Origin: Dehalococcoidia bacterium
GTDB taxonomy: Bacteria > Chloroflexota > Dehalococcoidia > Lucifugimonadales > UBA2985
DNA length: 64,000 nt
Assembly: GCA_034423135.1 (NCBI GenBank)
Contig: DAOUJC010000008.1
Span: 182,611-246,610, forward strand
Direction: 5' to 3'
Part shown: piece by piece, positions 18,680 to 27,371 of the stretch
How positions within the stretch are numbered: the first letter of the stretch is position 1
How the letters are laid out: the number at the start of each line of letters is the position of its first letter
The notes under the pieces: model-generated
Told to the model about the DNA's origin: nothing
Seen by the model: the letters and a program-made list of their open reading frames with translations, nothing else
Database searches by the model: none
Position numbers and translations under genes: made by a program

Positions 18680-18708
18680 ATTATGACACAGGTCGAATTG
18701 CCGGACAA
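18680..18708 (-). promoter_or_regulatory. Candidate promoter for the natAB-like operon, implying a near-leaderless transcript
   Basis: Minus-sense TTGTCC (18708-18703), 17 nt, CATAAT (18685-18680). The -10 ends 11 nt before ATG 18668. Confidence 0.4.
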
Positions 18709-18760
18709 AGAGTCAGGTATAGTTCGCAGCAAGGGGGATGGCGGAAATGCTCTCGGCTGA

Positions 18761-18807
18761 CAACCACATCTTGTGCAGGGCATGGGAATTCCCACAAAAT
18801 CATGTGG
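18761..18807 (+). promoter_or_regulatory. Tandem NrdR boxes upstream of nrdR-nrdJ
   Basis: Box 2 is ccacaaaatcatgtgg (18792-18807), lying within the 18-bp inverted repeat cccaca-aaatca-tgtggg. Box 1 is caaccacatcttgtgc (18761-18776). By my count they match the published acaCwAtATaTwGtgt consensus at about 11/14 (core) and 10/16 positions. Their starts are 31 bp apart, the usual tandem NrdR-box phasing. Confidence 0.55.
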
Positions 18808-18816
18808 GCTGGGCTA

Positions 18817-18845
18817 TTGACAGGGTTAGGTCACAGCAATAGAAT
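18817..18845 (+). promoter_or_regulatory. Near-consensus promoter for nrdR-nrdJ
   Basis: TTGACA (18817-18822), 17 nt, TAGAAT (18840-18845), immediately downstream of the NrdR boxes. Confidence 0.55.
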
Positions 18846-18891
18846 AGCCCTACGTCTTTTGCACAGGCGCTGGTAGTCTGAAAACACCACA

Positions 18892-18907
18892 GTACCATAT
18901 CTGGTAC
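18892..18907 (+). promoter_or_regulatory. Inverted repeat in the nrdR 5' UTR (possible third divergent NrdR box or RNA hairpin)
   Basis: gtacca-tatc-tggtac, with 6-bp arms, lies 30 nt upstream of the nrdR start. Confidence 0.3.
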
Positions 18908-18937
18908 TTTCAATGACGGAATCGGAGCCAACAGGTC

Positions 18938-19519
18938 GTGCGCTGCCCATACTGCAACAACCCGGACTCCCGGGTCATCGACTCCAGGGACGCCCCCGAA
19001 GGCGTTCGGCGTCGCCGCGAGTGCAGCATGTGCGGCCTGCGCTTCACCACATACGAGCGCGTCCAGACCACCGCTCTCATGGTCGCCAAGCGGGACGGCC
19101 GCCGGGAGGAGTACAACCGCGACAAGCTGACCAGGAGCGTGCAGATGGCCTGCGTCAAGCGGCCCCTGCCAACCGGCACTATCGACAAGCTGGCGGACGA
19201 TATTGAGACTCAGCTGCAAGCGCTGGGCCGCGCAGAGATCCCAAGCCACGCCATCGGCGAGATGGTGGTGGAGCGGCTTCGCGCGCTGGACCCTGTGGCG
19301 TACATCCGCTTTGCGAGCGTGTACCGTGACTTCGCAGACGTGGAGCGCTTCAAGGACGCCGTGGAAGCGCTGGAGTCGGCGAAGCAGGCCTTGGAGAACA
19401 ACGACTCATCGCCGCAGCTTCCGCTGATGACCGAGCAACCACCCAGACGCCGCCGCGGTCGCAGACCGCGGAGCAGCACCGCAGGCCTGCCCATGGACAT
19501 CGCAGGAGGACTCGACTAG
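18938..19519 (+). CDS. nrdR: Transcriptional repressor NrdR (zinc ribbon plus ATP-cone) with an Arg-rich C-terminal tail
   Basis: MRCPYCNNPDSRVIDSR...CSMCGLRFTTYERV followed by an ATP-cone. The roughly 40 aa beyond the usual NrdR length include PPRRRRGRRPRS. Confidence 0.95.
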   Translation: MRCPYCNNPDSRVIDSRDAPEGVRRRRECSMCGLRFTTYERVQTTALMVAKRDGRREEYNRDKLTRSVQMACVKRPLPTGTIDKLADDIETQLQALGRAEIPSHAIGEMVVERLRALDPVAYIRFASVYRDFADVERFKDAVEALESAKQALENNDSSPQLPLMTEQPPRRRRGRRPRSSTAGLPMDIAGGLD

Positions 19520-19634
19520 AGGCAGCACGCGAGCCAGTCCGGGCAGGCGGTACAAGAAGGAAGCCATCCCCGCGCAGGTCGGCGAGCCGGAGCAGCGGGG
19601 AAGCAGAGACCATACAGGAACCGGAGAAGGAACC

Positions 19635-22178
19635 ATGACCATCCACAGCAACGGCAACGGACACAACGGCAGCACCAACAGGAAGGCGCTGATGAAGGAG
19701 CTGGTGACAGCCCTGGAAGCGGCCGGAATAGAGGTGCCCACCGATGCCCAGCAGGCCGCGCTGTCGGTGGCCGGCGGCAGCGGCGAAGAATACCACTGGG
19801 AGCGTGGCTACACATCGAGGAGGGCGTACGGATCCTCAGGCAGCGCAGCAACCGCGGAGAGACCGGACGTGTCCGAGAACGCCAAGGTTGTACTGCAGAA
19901 GCGCTACTACCTCAAGGACGACAAGGGCAACACGGTGGAGCACTCTTGGTCGGACGTGTGCCGTCGCGTGGCGCGCGCCATCGCCGAGGCGGAGACCCTC
20001 TACGACGGCAGCGCGGACGTGGCACGCTGGGAGAATCAGTTCTACGGCATAATGGCCGACCTTGAGTTCGTGCCCAACTCGCCCACGCTGATGAACGCTG
20101 GCACGGGCGCCGGCACCCTCTCGGCCTGCTTCGTGATTGGCCTTGAGGACAGCATGGAGGGCATCATGGAGACGGCCAAGGAGACCGCCATGGTGCAGAA
20201 GTTCGGTGGAGGCACCGGCTTTGCCCTCTCCAAGATTCGCCCCAAGGGCGCCAACATCTCCACGACCCACGGCAGGGCATGCGGCCCTGTGGCCGTGCTT
20301 CGCCACCTCTCGTCCGTGTCCACGCTGGTGACGCAGGGAGGAAAGCGTGACGGCGCCAACATGGCCGTCATGGACGTCCACCACCCGGACATCATGGACT
20401 TCATCACCTGCAAGACGCACGAGGGGCAGATCCACAACTTCAACATCTCGGTGGGAGCCAGCGAGGAGTTCATGCAGGCCGCGGTCCGTGGCGAAGACTA
20501 CGACCTGCGAGACCCCACCACGGGCGAGGTGGTCGGCCGGCTCAACGCCGCTGAAGTGTTCAACCACATGATAGAGGGGGCGTGGCGCAACGGCGAGCCC
20601 GGCACCATCTTCCTGGACCGCGTCAACGAGGACAACCCCACGCTCAACATCGGCCGCATGACCGCCACAAACCCCTGCGGCGAGCAGCCCCTGCTGCCGT
20701 ACGAGTCCTGCAACCTGGGTTCCATCAACCTCGCCAGGTTCGTCATCGAGAGCGGGAGCCAGCCCACCATCGACTGGGACCGACTGGGCCGGGTGTCCCG
20801 CATAGCTGCCCGCTTCCTGGACAACGTCATAGACGCCAACCGCTACTCGGTCCCGGAGATCGAGCGCATGACCAAGCTCACCCGCAAGACCGGTCTGGGC
20901 GTCATGGGCTTCGCCGACATGCTGGTGATGATGGCCATTCCCTACAACTCCCAGGAAGGCCTGGAGCTTGGCCGCTCCATCATGCGTTTCGTGAAGGAAG
21001 AGGCGGACGCCGCGTCCGAGGAGCTGGCCCACGAGCGGGGAGTCTTCCCGGCGTACCCCGGCAGCTCACATCAGAAGCAGGGACGGCTAATGCGCAACGC
21101 GTGCAGGCTCACGGTTGCGCCCACGGGCACTATCTCCATGATCGCCGGCTGCTCCAGCGGCATCGAGCCACTGTTCTCGCTGTGCTATCGCAAGCACAAC
21201 ATCCTGGAGGGCGAGAGCCTGCTGTACATCGACTCCAACTTCGAGCGCATGGCCATCGAGGACGAGTTCTACAGCGACGAACTCATGGAGTACCTGGCCA
21301 ACGGCGGCTCCATCCAGGACAGGGAAGACGTGCCGGAGTGGATCAAGGAGGTCTTCGTCACGTCCGCGGATATCTCGCCGCAGGACCACGTGCGGATGCA
21401 GGCGGCCTTCCAAGAGAGCGTAGACGCAGGCATATCCAAGACCATCAACTTCCACAACTCCGCCACACGAGAGGACGTGCGCACCGCCTACCTGATGGCC
21501 TGGGAGCTGGGCTGCAAGGGCATCACGGTGTACCGCTCGGGCAGCAGGGAGGCGGAAGTGCTGACCTCCGGCGCCACCGCGTCCGCGGCGCTGGAAGCGG
21601 TCGGTGTGTCGACCGGCGCGGAGCCGGTCACCGGCGTCCTGCCCGTGCCCATGGCAAGGCCCTCGCAGGTCCAGGGCATCACCGACCGAATCCGCACAGG
21701 CCACGGCAACATGTACGTCACCATCAACTCCAAGGACGGCCAGCCCTTCGAGGTGTTCTCCAACCTGGGCAAGGCCGGCGGCTGCGACTCCGCCCAGATA
21801 GAGGCCATCACCCGGCTTGTCTCGCTGGCGCTGCGCTCCGGCATCGACTCTTCTCACGTGATTGACCAACTGCAGGGCATCACCTGCTGCCCGCAGTGGG
21901 ACAATGGCGTGCTGGTGCGCTCCGCACCGGACGCTGTGGCCCTGGCGCTCAGCCGGCACACCGCGCCCGCGGACAACCGGCCCATGGCGCTGCCGCGCAG
22001 CAACGCAGTCGAGGAGACACCGGCGCCCTACGCGGTGCAGCAGGGGCTGTTCATGAAGATGGAGGCCAACGGCAACGGCCTCAACGGCAGGACGCAGTGC
22101 CCCGAATGCCCCGACTTCCTGATTCACCAGGAGGGCTGCGCAAGCTGCCGCACCTGCGGCTACGAGAAGTGCGGGTAG
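19635..22178 (+). CDS. nrdJ: Class II (adenosylcobalamin-dependent) ribonucleotide reductase
   Basis: NPCGEQPLLPYESCNLGSINL active-site region, TVAPTGTIS, and a C-terminal Cys cluster (CPECP...CASCRTCGYEKC). Sits behind nrdR. Confidence 0.9.
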   Translation: MTIHSNGNGHNGSTNRKALMKELVTALEAAGIEVPTDAQQAALSVAGGSGEEYHWERGYTSRRAYGSSGSAATAERPDVSENAKVVLQKRYYLKDDKGNTVEHSWSDVCRRVARAIAEAETLYDGSADVARWENQFYGIMADLEFVPNSPTLMNAGTGAGTLSACFVIGLEDSMEGIMETAKETAMVQKFGGGTGFALSKIRPKGANISTTHGRACGPVAVLRHLSSVSTLVTQGGKRDGANMAVMDVHHPDIMDFITCKTHEGQIHNFNISVGASEEFMQAAVRGEDYDLRDPTTGEVVGRLNAAEVFNHMIEGAWRNGEPGTIFLDRVNEDNPTLNIGRMTATNPCGEQPLLPYESCNLGSINLARFVIESGSQPTIDWDRLGRVSRIAARFLDNVIDANRYSVPEIERMTKLTRKTGLGVMGFADMLVMMAIPYNSQEGLELGRSIMRFVKEEADAASEELAHERGVFPAYPGSSHQKQGRLMRNACRLTVAPTGTISMIAGCSSGIEPLFSLCYRKHNILEGESLLYIDSNFERMAIEDEFYSDELMEYLANGGSIQDREDVPEWIKEVFVTSADISPQDHVRMQAAFQESVDAGISKTINFHNSATREDVRTAYLMAWELGCKGITVYRSGSREAEVLTSGATASAALEAVGVSTGAEPVTGVLPVPMARPSQVQGITDRIRTGHGNMYVTINSKDGQPFEVFSNLGKAGGCDSAQIEAITRLVSLALRSGIDSSHVIDQLQGITCCPQWDNGVLVRSAPDAVALALSRHTAPADNRPMALPRSNAVEETPAPYAVQQGLFMKMEANGNGLNGRTQCPECPDFLIHQEGCASCRTCGYEKCG

Positions 22179-22198
22179 GGAGGAAACATTGTCAAACA

Positions 22199-22236
22199 CA
22201 CACCGACCCGGCGGCTGCTCGGACGGGGACGGTGTG
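22199..22236 (+). terminator. Hairpin 21 nt after the nrdJ stop
   Basis: cacaccg (22199-22205) pairs with cggtgtg (22230-22236), with additional internal cccg/cggg pairing. No clear U-tract. Confidence 0.35.
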
Positions 22237-22303
22237 AAGCTGGACCAGACGCTTGGCGTCTATCGATCCACGGAGCGGCGCTCCCCACGAGGAGCGTGCA
22301 TTA

Positions 22304-22331
22304 CAGCGGCCCCGGACCCACGGGGCCGCTG
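22304..22331 (+). terminator. Perfect 11-bp-stem hairpin between nrdJ and pdxA
   Basis: cagcggccccg (22304-22314), loop gaccca, cggggccgctg (22321-22331), followed by atatt. Confidence 0.4.
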
Positions 22332-22334
22332 ATA

Positions 22335-22363
22335 TTGTACCACAGCCTCTCACCCCATATAAT
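22335..22363 (+). promoter_or_regulatory. Candidate promoter for pdxA-proC-yggT
   Basis: TTGTAC (22335-22340), 17 nt, TATAAT (22358-22363). Confidence 0.45.
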
Positions 22364-22393
22364 GCCCTAAACGACTCCGCAAAGGGGGGCAGG

Positions 22394-23395
22394 ATGAGCG
22401 ATCGACCCACAATAGCCCTCACGATGGGCGACCCCGCCGGCATAGGGCCGGAGGTAGTCGCCAAGGCCTTAGCGCACCCCGACGTGGTCGCCTCGTGCCA
22501 CCCGCTGGTCATCGGCAACGCGCCGCTGCTCGGCAAGACGCTGCGCGACCTCGGCCTGTCCTACGAGGTGACGCAGGTATCGACGGCAGCAGAGGCTCCG
22601 GCGAATGCCGTGTCCATCCTGGACCCGGGCAACCTCAACGCAGAGGACGTGGCACCCGGACAGGTATCCGCCGCCGCTGGCAAAGCCTCCGTGGAGTGGA
22701 TTCTACAGGCCGGCGAGATGGCCCTCTCCGGCGACGTCCAGGCCATCGCCACGGCGCCCATCCACAAGGAGGCCGCGAGGGCTGCAGGTTACGAGGACAT
22801 CGGGCACATGGAGCTGTACCAGAGCCTCACCGGCGCCAAGGAAGTGGCGACGATGCTGACCGCCGGCAACCTCCGCGTGGTACACCTGACCACGCATCGC
22901 TCGCTCATGAGGGCCGTGGAGTACGTCACGAAGGAGCACATCCAGGCCAAGCTCCAGCTAACCCACGACTGCTTCAGCGCCTGGGGCTTCGATCCGCCGC
23001 GCATCGGCGTGGCCGCGCTGAACCCGCACGGCGGCGACGGCGGCCTCATCGGCCGCGAGGAGATAGACGAGATTGCGCCGGCCGTAGAGGAGGCTCGAAG
23101 CAGGGGCATGAACGTGACCGGCCCGGTGCCCGCGGACTCCGTGTTCCCGCAGGCCATCGCGGGCCGTTACGACGCCGTGCTGGTCCACTACCACGATCAG
23201 GGGCACATCCCCATCAAGGTCAAGGACTTCGAGGGCAGCGTCAGCATCAACCTGGGCTTCCCGTTCGTGCGTACGTCCGTAGACCACGGCACCGCCTTCG
23301 ATATCGCCGGCAAGGGCATCGCCAACGAGACCGGCATGAGAGAGGCCGTGCTGGCCGCAGCCTACATCGCTACGACCGGACGCCTGCCGGAGTAG
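22394..23395 (+). CDS. pdxA: 4-hydroxythreonine-4-phosphate dehydrogenase family protein (PdxA)
   Basis: TIALTMGDPAGIGPEVV N-terminus and HGGDGG/HYHDQGHIP metal-site regions. ATG 22394 follows a G-rich SD. The 47-codon upstream extension in the ORF track runs across the promoter and terminator signals. Confidence 0.85.
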   Translation: MSDRPTIALTMGDPAGIGPEVVAKALAHPDVVASCHPLVIGNAPLLGKTLRDLGLSYEVTQVSTAAEAPANAVSILDPGNLNAEDVAPGQVSAAAGKASVEWILQAGEMALSGDVQAIATAPIHKEAARAAGYEDIGHMELYQSLTGAKEVATMLTAGNLRVVHLTTHRSLMRAVEYVTKEHIQAKLQLTHDCFSAWGFDPPRIGVAALNPHGGDGGLIGREEIDEIAPAVEEARSRGMNVTGPVPADSVFPQAIAGRYDAVLVHYHDQGHIPIKVKDFEGSVSINLGFPFVRTSVDHGTAFDIAGKGIANETGMREAVLAAAYIATTGRLPE

Positions 23396-23401
23396 CGCGC
23401 C

Positions 23402-24235
23402 ATGTCTACTTCGAACGGCGGAACGGCAAACGGGAAGATTAACCTCGCCTTCATAGGCGGGGGCACTATGGCTGAGGCCATCATCGCAGGCGTGCTGGCG
23501 CGCGAAGTGACAGAAGCCGCGTCCATAGTGGTCGGCGAGCCGGTGCTGCGCAGGCGCGAGTACCTCAGCGGCCGCTACGGCACGCGCACCGTCATCGACA
23601 ACCACAGCGCCATCGATGAGGCCGACATTGTGGTCATCGCCGTGAAGCCGCAGCAGCTATCGGAGGTCCTGGAGGAGCTGTCAGGCAGCCTCACCGCCTC
23701 ACAGAGCCTCCTGTCCATCGTGGCGGGCGCCTCGATGCAGACCGTCGCCGAGGGCGCGAACCACGCGGCGGTCATACGCGTCATGCCCAACACGCCAGCG
23801 CAGGTCGGGCAGGGGATGACCGTGTGGACGGCTTCGCCGGAGGTCCCGGAATCGCACCGCGAGGCGGCAGGCGAGATCTTCGACTCGCTCGGGATCGCCA
23901 CCTACGTCGCAGAGGAGAAGTACCTGGACATGGCCACGGCCCTGAGCGCAAGCGGCCCGGCGTATGTGTTCCTGTTCCTGGAGTCGCTGATAGACGCGGG
24001 CGTGTACATGGGGCTGCCGCGTGAGATGGCGCAGACCCTGGCGCTGCAGACCATCGAGGGCAGTGCCGCGCTGGCCAGGGAGTCCGCGAGGCATCCGGCA
24101 GACCTGCGGAACATGGTGACCTCACCCGGCGGGACCACCGCGGAGGCGCTGCTGGCGCTGGAGGATGCCGGATTCCGGGCGGCCGTGATGAATGCGGTCA
24201 TTGCCGCGCACGAGAAGGCGATGGAGCTGGGCTAA
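23402..24235 (+). CDS. proC: Pyrroline-5-carboxylate reductase
   Basis: Rossmann motif FIGGGTMAEAII, PNTPAQVGQGMT, and C-terminal SPGGTTAEAL. Confidence 0.9.
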   Translation: MSTSNGGTANGKINLAFIGGGTMAEAIIAGVLAREVTEAASIVVGEPVLRRREYLSGRYGTRTVIDNHSAIDEADIVVIAVKPQQLSEVLEELSGSLTASQSLLSIVAGASMQTVAEGANHAAVIRVMPNTPAQVGQGMTVWTASPEVPESHREAAGEIFDSLGIATYVAEEKYLDMATALSASGPAYVFLFLESLIDAGVYMGLPREMAQTLALQTIEGSAALARESARHPADLRNMVTSPGGTTAEALLALEDAGFRAAVMNAVIAAHEKAMELG

Positions 24236-24243
24236 GGGAAGCA

Positions 24244-24501
24244 ATGGGAGCGCTGCTAAGCTACCTCATAACCCTGCTGATCTTCGCCATCCTCGGCCGT
24301 GTCATCCTGGACTGGCTGGTCGTGGGCGGGCTGCTGCGCTACGACAACGCCCTCTTCCGCGTGCGCGATGCTCTGATCTACCTCACGGAGCCGGTGCTCG
24401 CGCCCATCCGCCGGTTCACACGCATGGGCATGATCGACTTCAGCCCCATGGTGGCGATCATACTGCTGAGCATCTTCCAGCAGTTCGTGGCACGCATCTA
24501 G
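24244..24501 (+). CDS. yggT: YggT-family small membrane protein
   Basis: 85 aa with two TM helices. The position after proC is the common proC-yggT arrangement. Confidence 0.7.
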   Translation: MGALLSYLITLLIFAILGRVILDWLVVGGLLRYDNALFRVRDALIYLTEPVLAPIRRFTRMGMIDFSPMVAIILLSIFQQFVARI

Positions 24502-24552
24502 GGCGACAGCGTTTGCGGCGCGGGTAAGCGCCAAAGACCACCGGGGAACCCC

Positions 24553-26457
24553 ATGCCCAATGTTCGCAATTCAGTGAGTTTCCTGTCTGGCTCCTTGAGG
24601 AACCCCGTTATCGCAGCGATTGTTGCGTCGGTGGTGACCGGGTTGGTGGTCTTCGTGGCCTGCTTCATGGTCTGGTATCACTTCGGTGGAGGCGCTTGGC
24701 GCAGCTGGAAGAATGTGGAGGAGGTGCAGTTAGTTGCGCCGGACAGGCTCTCACTCAAAGTCATATCCTGCGAAGGGGCTCCGGAACTCTCGGAGTTTAA
24801 GCAGACCGAGGTAGACATACAAGTCAAGCTGCAAGTTCTCTTTCACTTCAATTCCTCTTGGCCGAGGTTGGGCGGGCCGCCCGCGGCGTGTGCAACGCAC
24901 GTTGAGGTCCGCCTTGGCGAGCCTCTGGGAGACCGCGTGGTTATGGATCTGCACACCGGGCAAACGGTGAGCGTCAGCAGACCCGACCCGCCGCCGCAAC
25001 CCACGCCCGAGCCGGTTGCCTCAATCATCGTGGACAAGGGTCTTGCGCGAGTAGCTGAGCAATGGCCGGACTTCGGCGGGTACTACCTGGAGCGTCAGAC
25101 CCACCGACAACGTCACTGGTATGTAGCATACGTCTACATGCAGGATGCCTGTCAGCATGAGGCGGCTGAAGCGGCATTGAAGCAACTGGTTTACCCTGGG
25201 GAAATCTGGCAAGACATTTCCGGTGTGTATGCGGTAGAGGCGGACTACTCCATCGTGCAGCTGGGCCGATGGTACGAGCACATCAGCGGGATAACAGACC
25301 CTGGACTGGTTCTGACGGACCTGCACGAAAGCAGGAACAGGCTTGAGATTCGCGTGGTTGACGATGCGGCCGCGCAGAGGGTCGAGGAAAAGCTGAAGGA
25401 GCTGCCGGTGCCTCGTGAGGCGATTGCCGTCAGGATTAGAGAGCCTGTCAAGCTGTATGAACCACAGAGCGCATATGAACCATGGAGCACTCCGGTTCCG
25501 CCGGCTGAAGTCAAGGAGCATCTCAGCGATGCGTTGCTGCAGGACCTGGAGGCCATCGCACTCCAAGAGGACATATCGCTCGAGGCCGTTATAGAGCGGT
25601 ACGGGTCGAAAGGCAGCTTGCTCACGGTGGTCGACGCGATCAGAGAGACGTTTTCCGACGATTACGCCTGGTCAAGTGTCGCGATAGGCGGCCGCGGCCA
25701 GATCGGATTCGCAGGGCGGTCCCCGGCTGCGGCGCTCTGGATGATCGAAGGTTTTGCCAACAATCATTGGGGCGCTTCCGTCGAGGTACACTCCCACGTG
25801 GGCTTCACTGAGTTGGAGAAGCAGAGGGCTATCGAGGCATTCCATTACGCCGTGTTCGATGCGCTTGAAGTCGGCGTAGGCGGCAGCAGGCTGGAATCGG
25901 AGACCGGCCGTCTAACTACGGATCTTCAGATGCACGGCGGAGTCTGTGACGCCGCAGTCATCGACAACGTCCGGGCCGGTGCAACCCAGGCCCTAATTGA
26001 CGCCACCAGAGCCGACATTCTCAACAGTATCAAGATCGACCTGATCATCCACCCGACAGACCCGACTTGGGTCAATCCGGTGGATGGCCCGGTGCTGACC
26101 TCGCCACCGTCTATCGGGCTGTTCGGCGGAATGGACGCCATAGTCAGCGGGACCTTGCACTTTGACGAGAGCGCCGGATGCCTGTACCTCGGAACCTCCG
26201 ACGCCGAGTACCTAACCCCGGTGGTGTGGCCGCACGGAGCATCCTGGCAGGCTGATCCGCCCGCTGTGAAGATACAGGGTCAACTGGCCGAGCCGGGCAC
26301 GTTCGTTGACGGTGGAGGCGGCGAGATTTCCATTGCAGCCATCAGAAATGTAGCGGGAGTCGCCGTGGCCGACGCGGCCAAGGCATGCGGCGACCACGTC
26401 GGCACTGAGAAAGTGGACTTCTTCAACGTCGGCAGTGAAGTAGACGTAGGCCGCTGA
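24553..26457 (+). CDS. Large membrane-anchored protein of unknown function
   Basis: 634-aa ORF with one N-terminal TM helix (VIAAIVASVVTGLVVFVACFMVWY) and a Pro-rich linker (RPDPPPQPTPEP). No motif I recognise. A spot count of 24781-24840 gives 30/60 GC, clearly below neighbouring genes. Confidence 0.6.
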   Translation: MPNVRNSVSFLSGSLRNPVIAAIVASVVTGLVVFVACFMVWYHFGGGAWRSWKNVEEVQLVAPDRLSLKVISCEGAPELSEFKQTEVDIQVKLQVLFHFNSSWPRLGGPPAACATHVEVRLGEPLGDRVVMDLHTGQTVSVSRPDPPPQPTPEPVASIIVDKGLARVAEQWPDFGGYYLERQTHRQRHWYVAYVYMQDACQHEAAEAALKQLVYPGEIWQDISGVYAVEADYSIVQLGRWYEHISGITDPGLVLTDLHESRNRLEIRVVDDAAAQRVEEKLKELPVPREAIAVRIREPVKLYEPQSAYEPWSTPVPPAEVKEHLSDALLQDLEAIALQEDISLEAVIERYGSKGSLLTVVDAIRETFSDDYAWSSVAIGGRGQIGFAGRSPAAALWMIEGFANNHWGASVEVHSHVGFTELEKQRAIEAFHYAVFDALEVGVGGSRLESETGRLTTDLQMHGGVCDAAVIDNVRAGATQALIDATRADILNSIKIDLIIHPTDPTWVNPVDGPVLTSPPSIGLFGGMDAIVSGTLHFDESAGCLYLGTSDAEYLTPVVWPHGASWQADPPAVKIQGQLAEPGTFVDGGGGEISIAAIRNVAGVAVADAAKACGDHVGTEKVDFFNVGSEVDVGR

Positions 26458-26549
26458 CGGGCCAGCGCGCCTCACCTCAGCCTTCAGAGTAGGAGCATGT
26501 GAAATGGTGAAGGCTCAGGTCTAGGCAATTGAAGCAGGGGGAGGGCAGC

Positions 26550-27305
26550 ATGAATCAAAGGGAGTCATTTGGCCCAAAGCCGGCGTCCGCGTGGACGGTA
26601 TTGCTGATGGTGCTGATACCCATTGTGTTGCTTGTCAGTTTTGGCGGGGGCCTTTACTACATAGTGACCCGTGAGCCGGAGACGGTTACCCGTTTCGAGG
26701 AGGGGTTCCGCTTCCCTGAGTATGTGCCAAACTGGTTAGGGCGCAGGGGTGGCGACTACGCCAACGCAGGAAAGGTAAAGGCCGGCGAGCAGCTGCCATA
26801 TGTCTCGTTCTATTGGGACGTGTGCGTGGACACAGACGACCCCAGGGCGCGGCTTTCACTCAGCATTGCCATGGAACACCAGGAAGTCGACCTTGGGGGG
26901 CAGTCCCGGACCGCCGTGCATGTGGACGGCGTGCAGGGATGGCTAACGCGCTTGGACATCCTGGACTTTGTTGAGCCGAATCGAGACGACCCTGAATACG
27001 AGGAATACAGAACACGCAACGTGGAGTGGGAGTATGACCGGGGCATTTACAACAGATTAATATACGGGCGCCGGGACTTCCTGCTGTCTCCCTCAGCAGG
27101 GCCTGCCATCGCTCTCCAGTGGAATCGAGACGGCTACCACTACCTGATCTTCGCCAAGGACAAGGAACCCCTGAACGCGGAGGTCCTGATGGACATTGCC
27201 AACAGCATGGCGCCATCCCCGTACCCAGAGGAATTAGGAGACATCACCCCCGGACGGCCGTCTTCGGAGAGTTCCCACTTTGGCGTACGCTGCCCTCCGG
27301 GTTGA
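26550..27305 (+). CDS. Membrane-anchored protein, DUF4367-like C-terminal region (weak by-eye call)
   Basis: ATG 26550 follows a GGGGGAGGG SD; the ORF track starts at TTG 26529. One N-terminal TM helix. C-terminal pattern ALQWNRDGYHYLIFA...PLNAEVLMDIANSM. Confidence 0.5.
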   Translation: MNQRESFGPKPASAWTVLLMVLIPIVLLVSFGGGLYYIVTREPETVTRFEEGFRFPEYVPNWLGRRGGDYANAGKVKAGEQLPYVSFYWDVCVDTDDPRARLSLSIAMEHQEVDLGGQSRTAVHVDGVQGWLTRLDILDFVEPNRDDPEYEEYRTRNVEWEYDRGIYNRLIYGRRDFLLSPSAGPAIALQWNRDGYHYLIFAKDKEPLNAEVLMDIANSMAPSPYPEELGDITPGRPSSESSHFGVRCPPG

Positions 27306-27309
27306 CCGT

Positions 27310-27338
27310 TTGAATCGCTCGGGGCCTTATTGTAGAAT
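27310..27338 (+). promoter_or_regulatory. Candidate his operon promoter
   Basis: TTGAAT (27310-27315), 17 nt, TAGAAT (27333-27338) with a TG extended -10. It lies 33 nt upstream of the hisZ ATG. Confidence 0.5.
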
Positions 27339-27371
27339 AGCCCCAGCCCAAGTCAGAGGTCTGATCACGCC

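Noticed and set aside
18840-18850. Identical 11-mer TAGAATAGCCC at the -10 of both the nrdR (18840-18850) and hisZ (27333-27343) promoters.
   Set aside because: It is probably a coincidence of a good -10 hexamer plus a GC-rich discriminator. Two occurrences are not enough to claim a shared regulatory motif.
19520-19634. Looked for a cobalamin riboswitch or NrdR box between nrdR and the B12-dependent nrdJ.
   Set aside because: The spacer is only 115 nt and GC-rich. I found no B12-box-like element (GCCACTG-type core) and no AT-rich palindrome. This was judged by eye, not by a covariance-model scan.
22253-22393. 47-codon upstream extension of pdxA. The same type of extension occurs on miaA (58251-58397), selB (44819-44899), hemW (46116-46247), apgM (61404-61520) and the dppD-like gene (52877-52966).
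   Set aside because: The extensions are unconserved and overlap upstream genes or promoter/terminator signals. Conserved N-terminal motifs begin right after the internal starts I chose.
27339-27371. Possible his leader peptide, attenuator or T-box upstream of hisZ.
   Set aside because: Only about 33 nt lie between the -10 and the hisZ ATG. That is too short for a His-codon leader peptide or a T-box.
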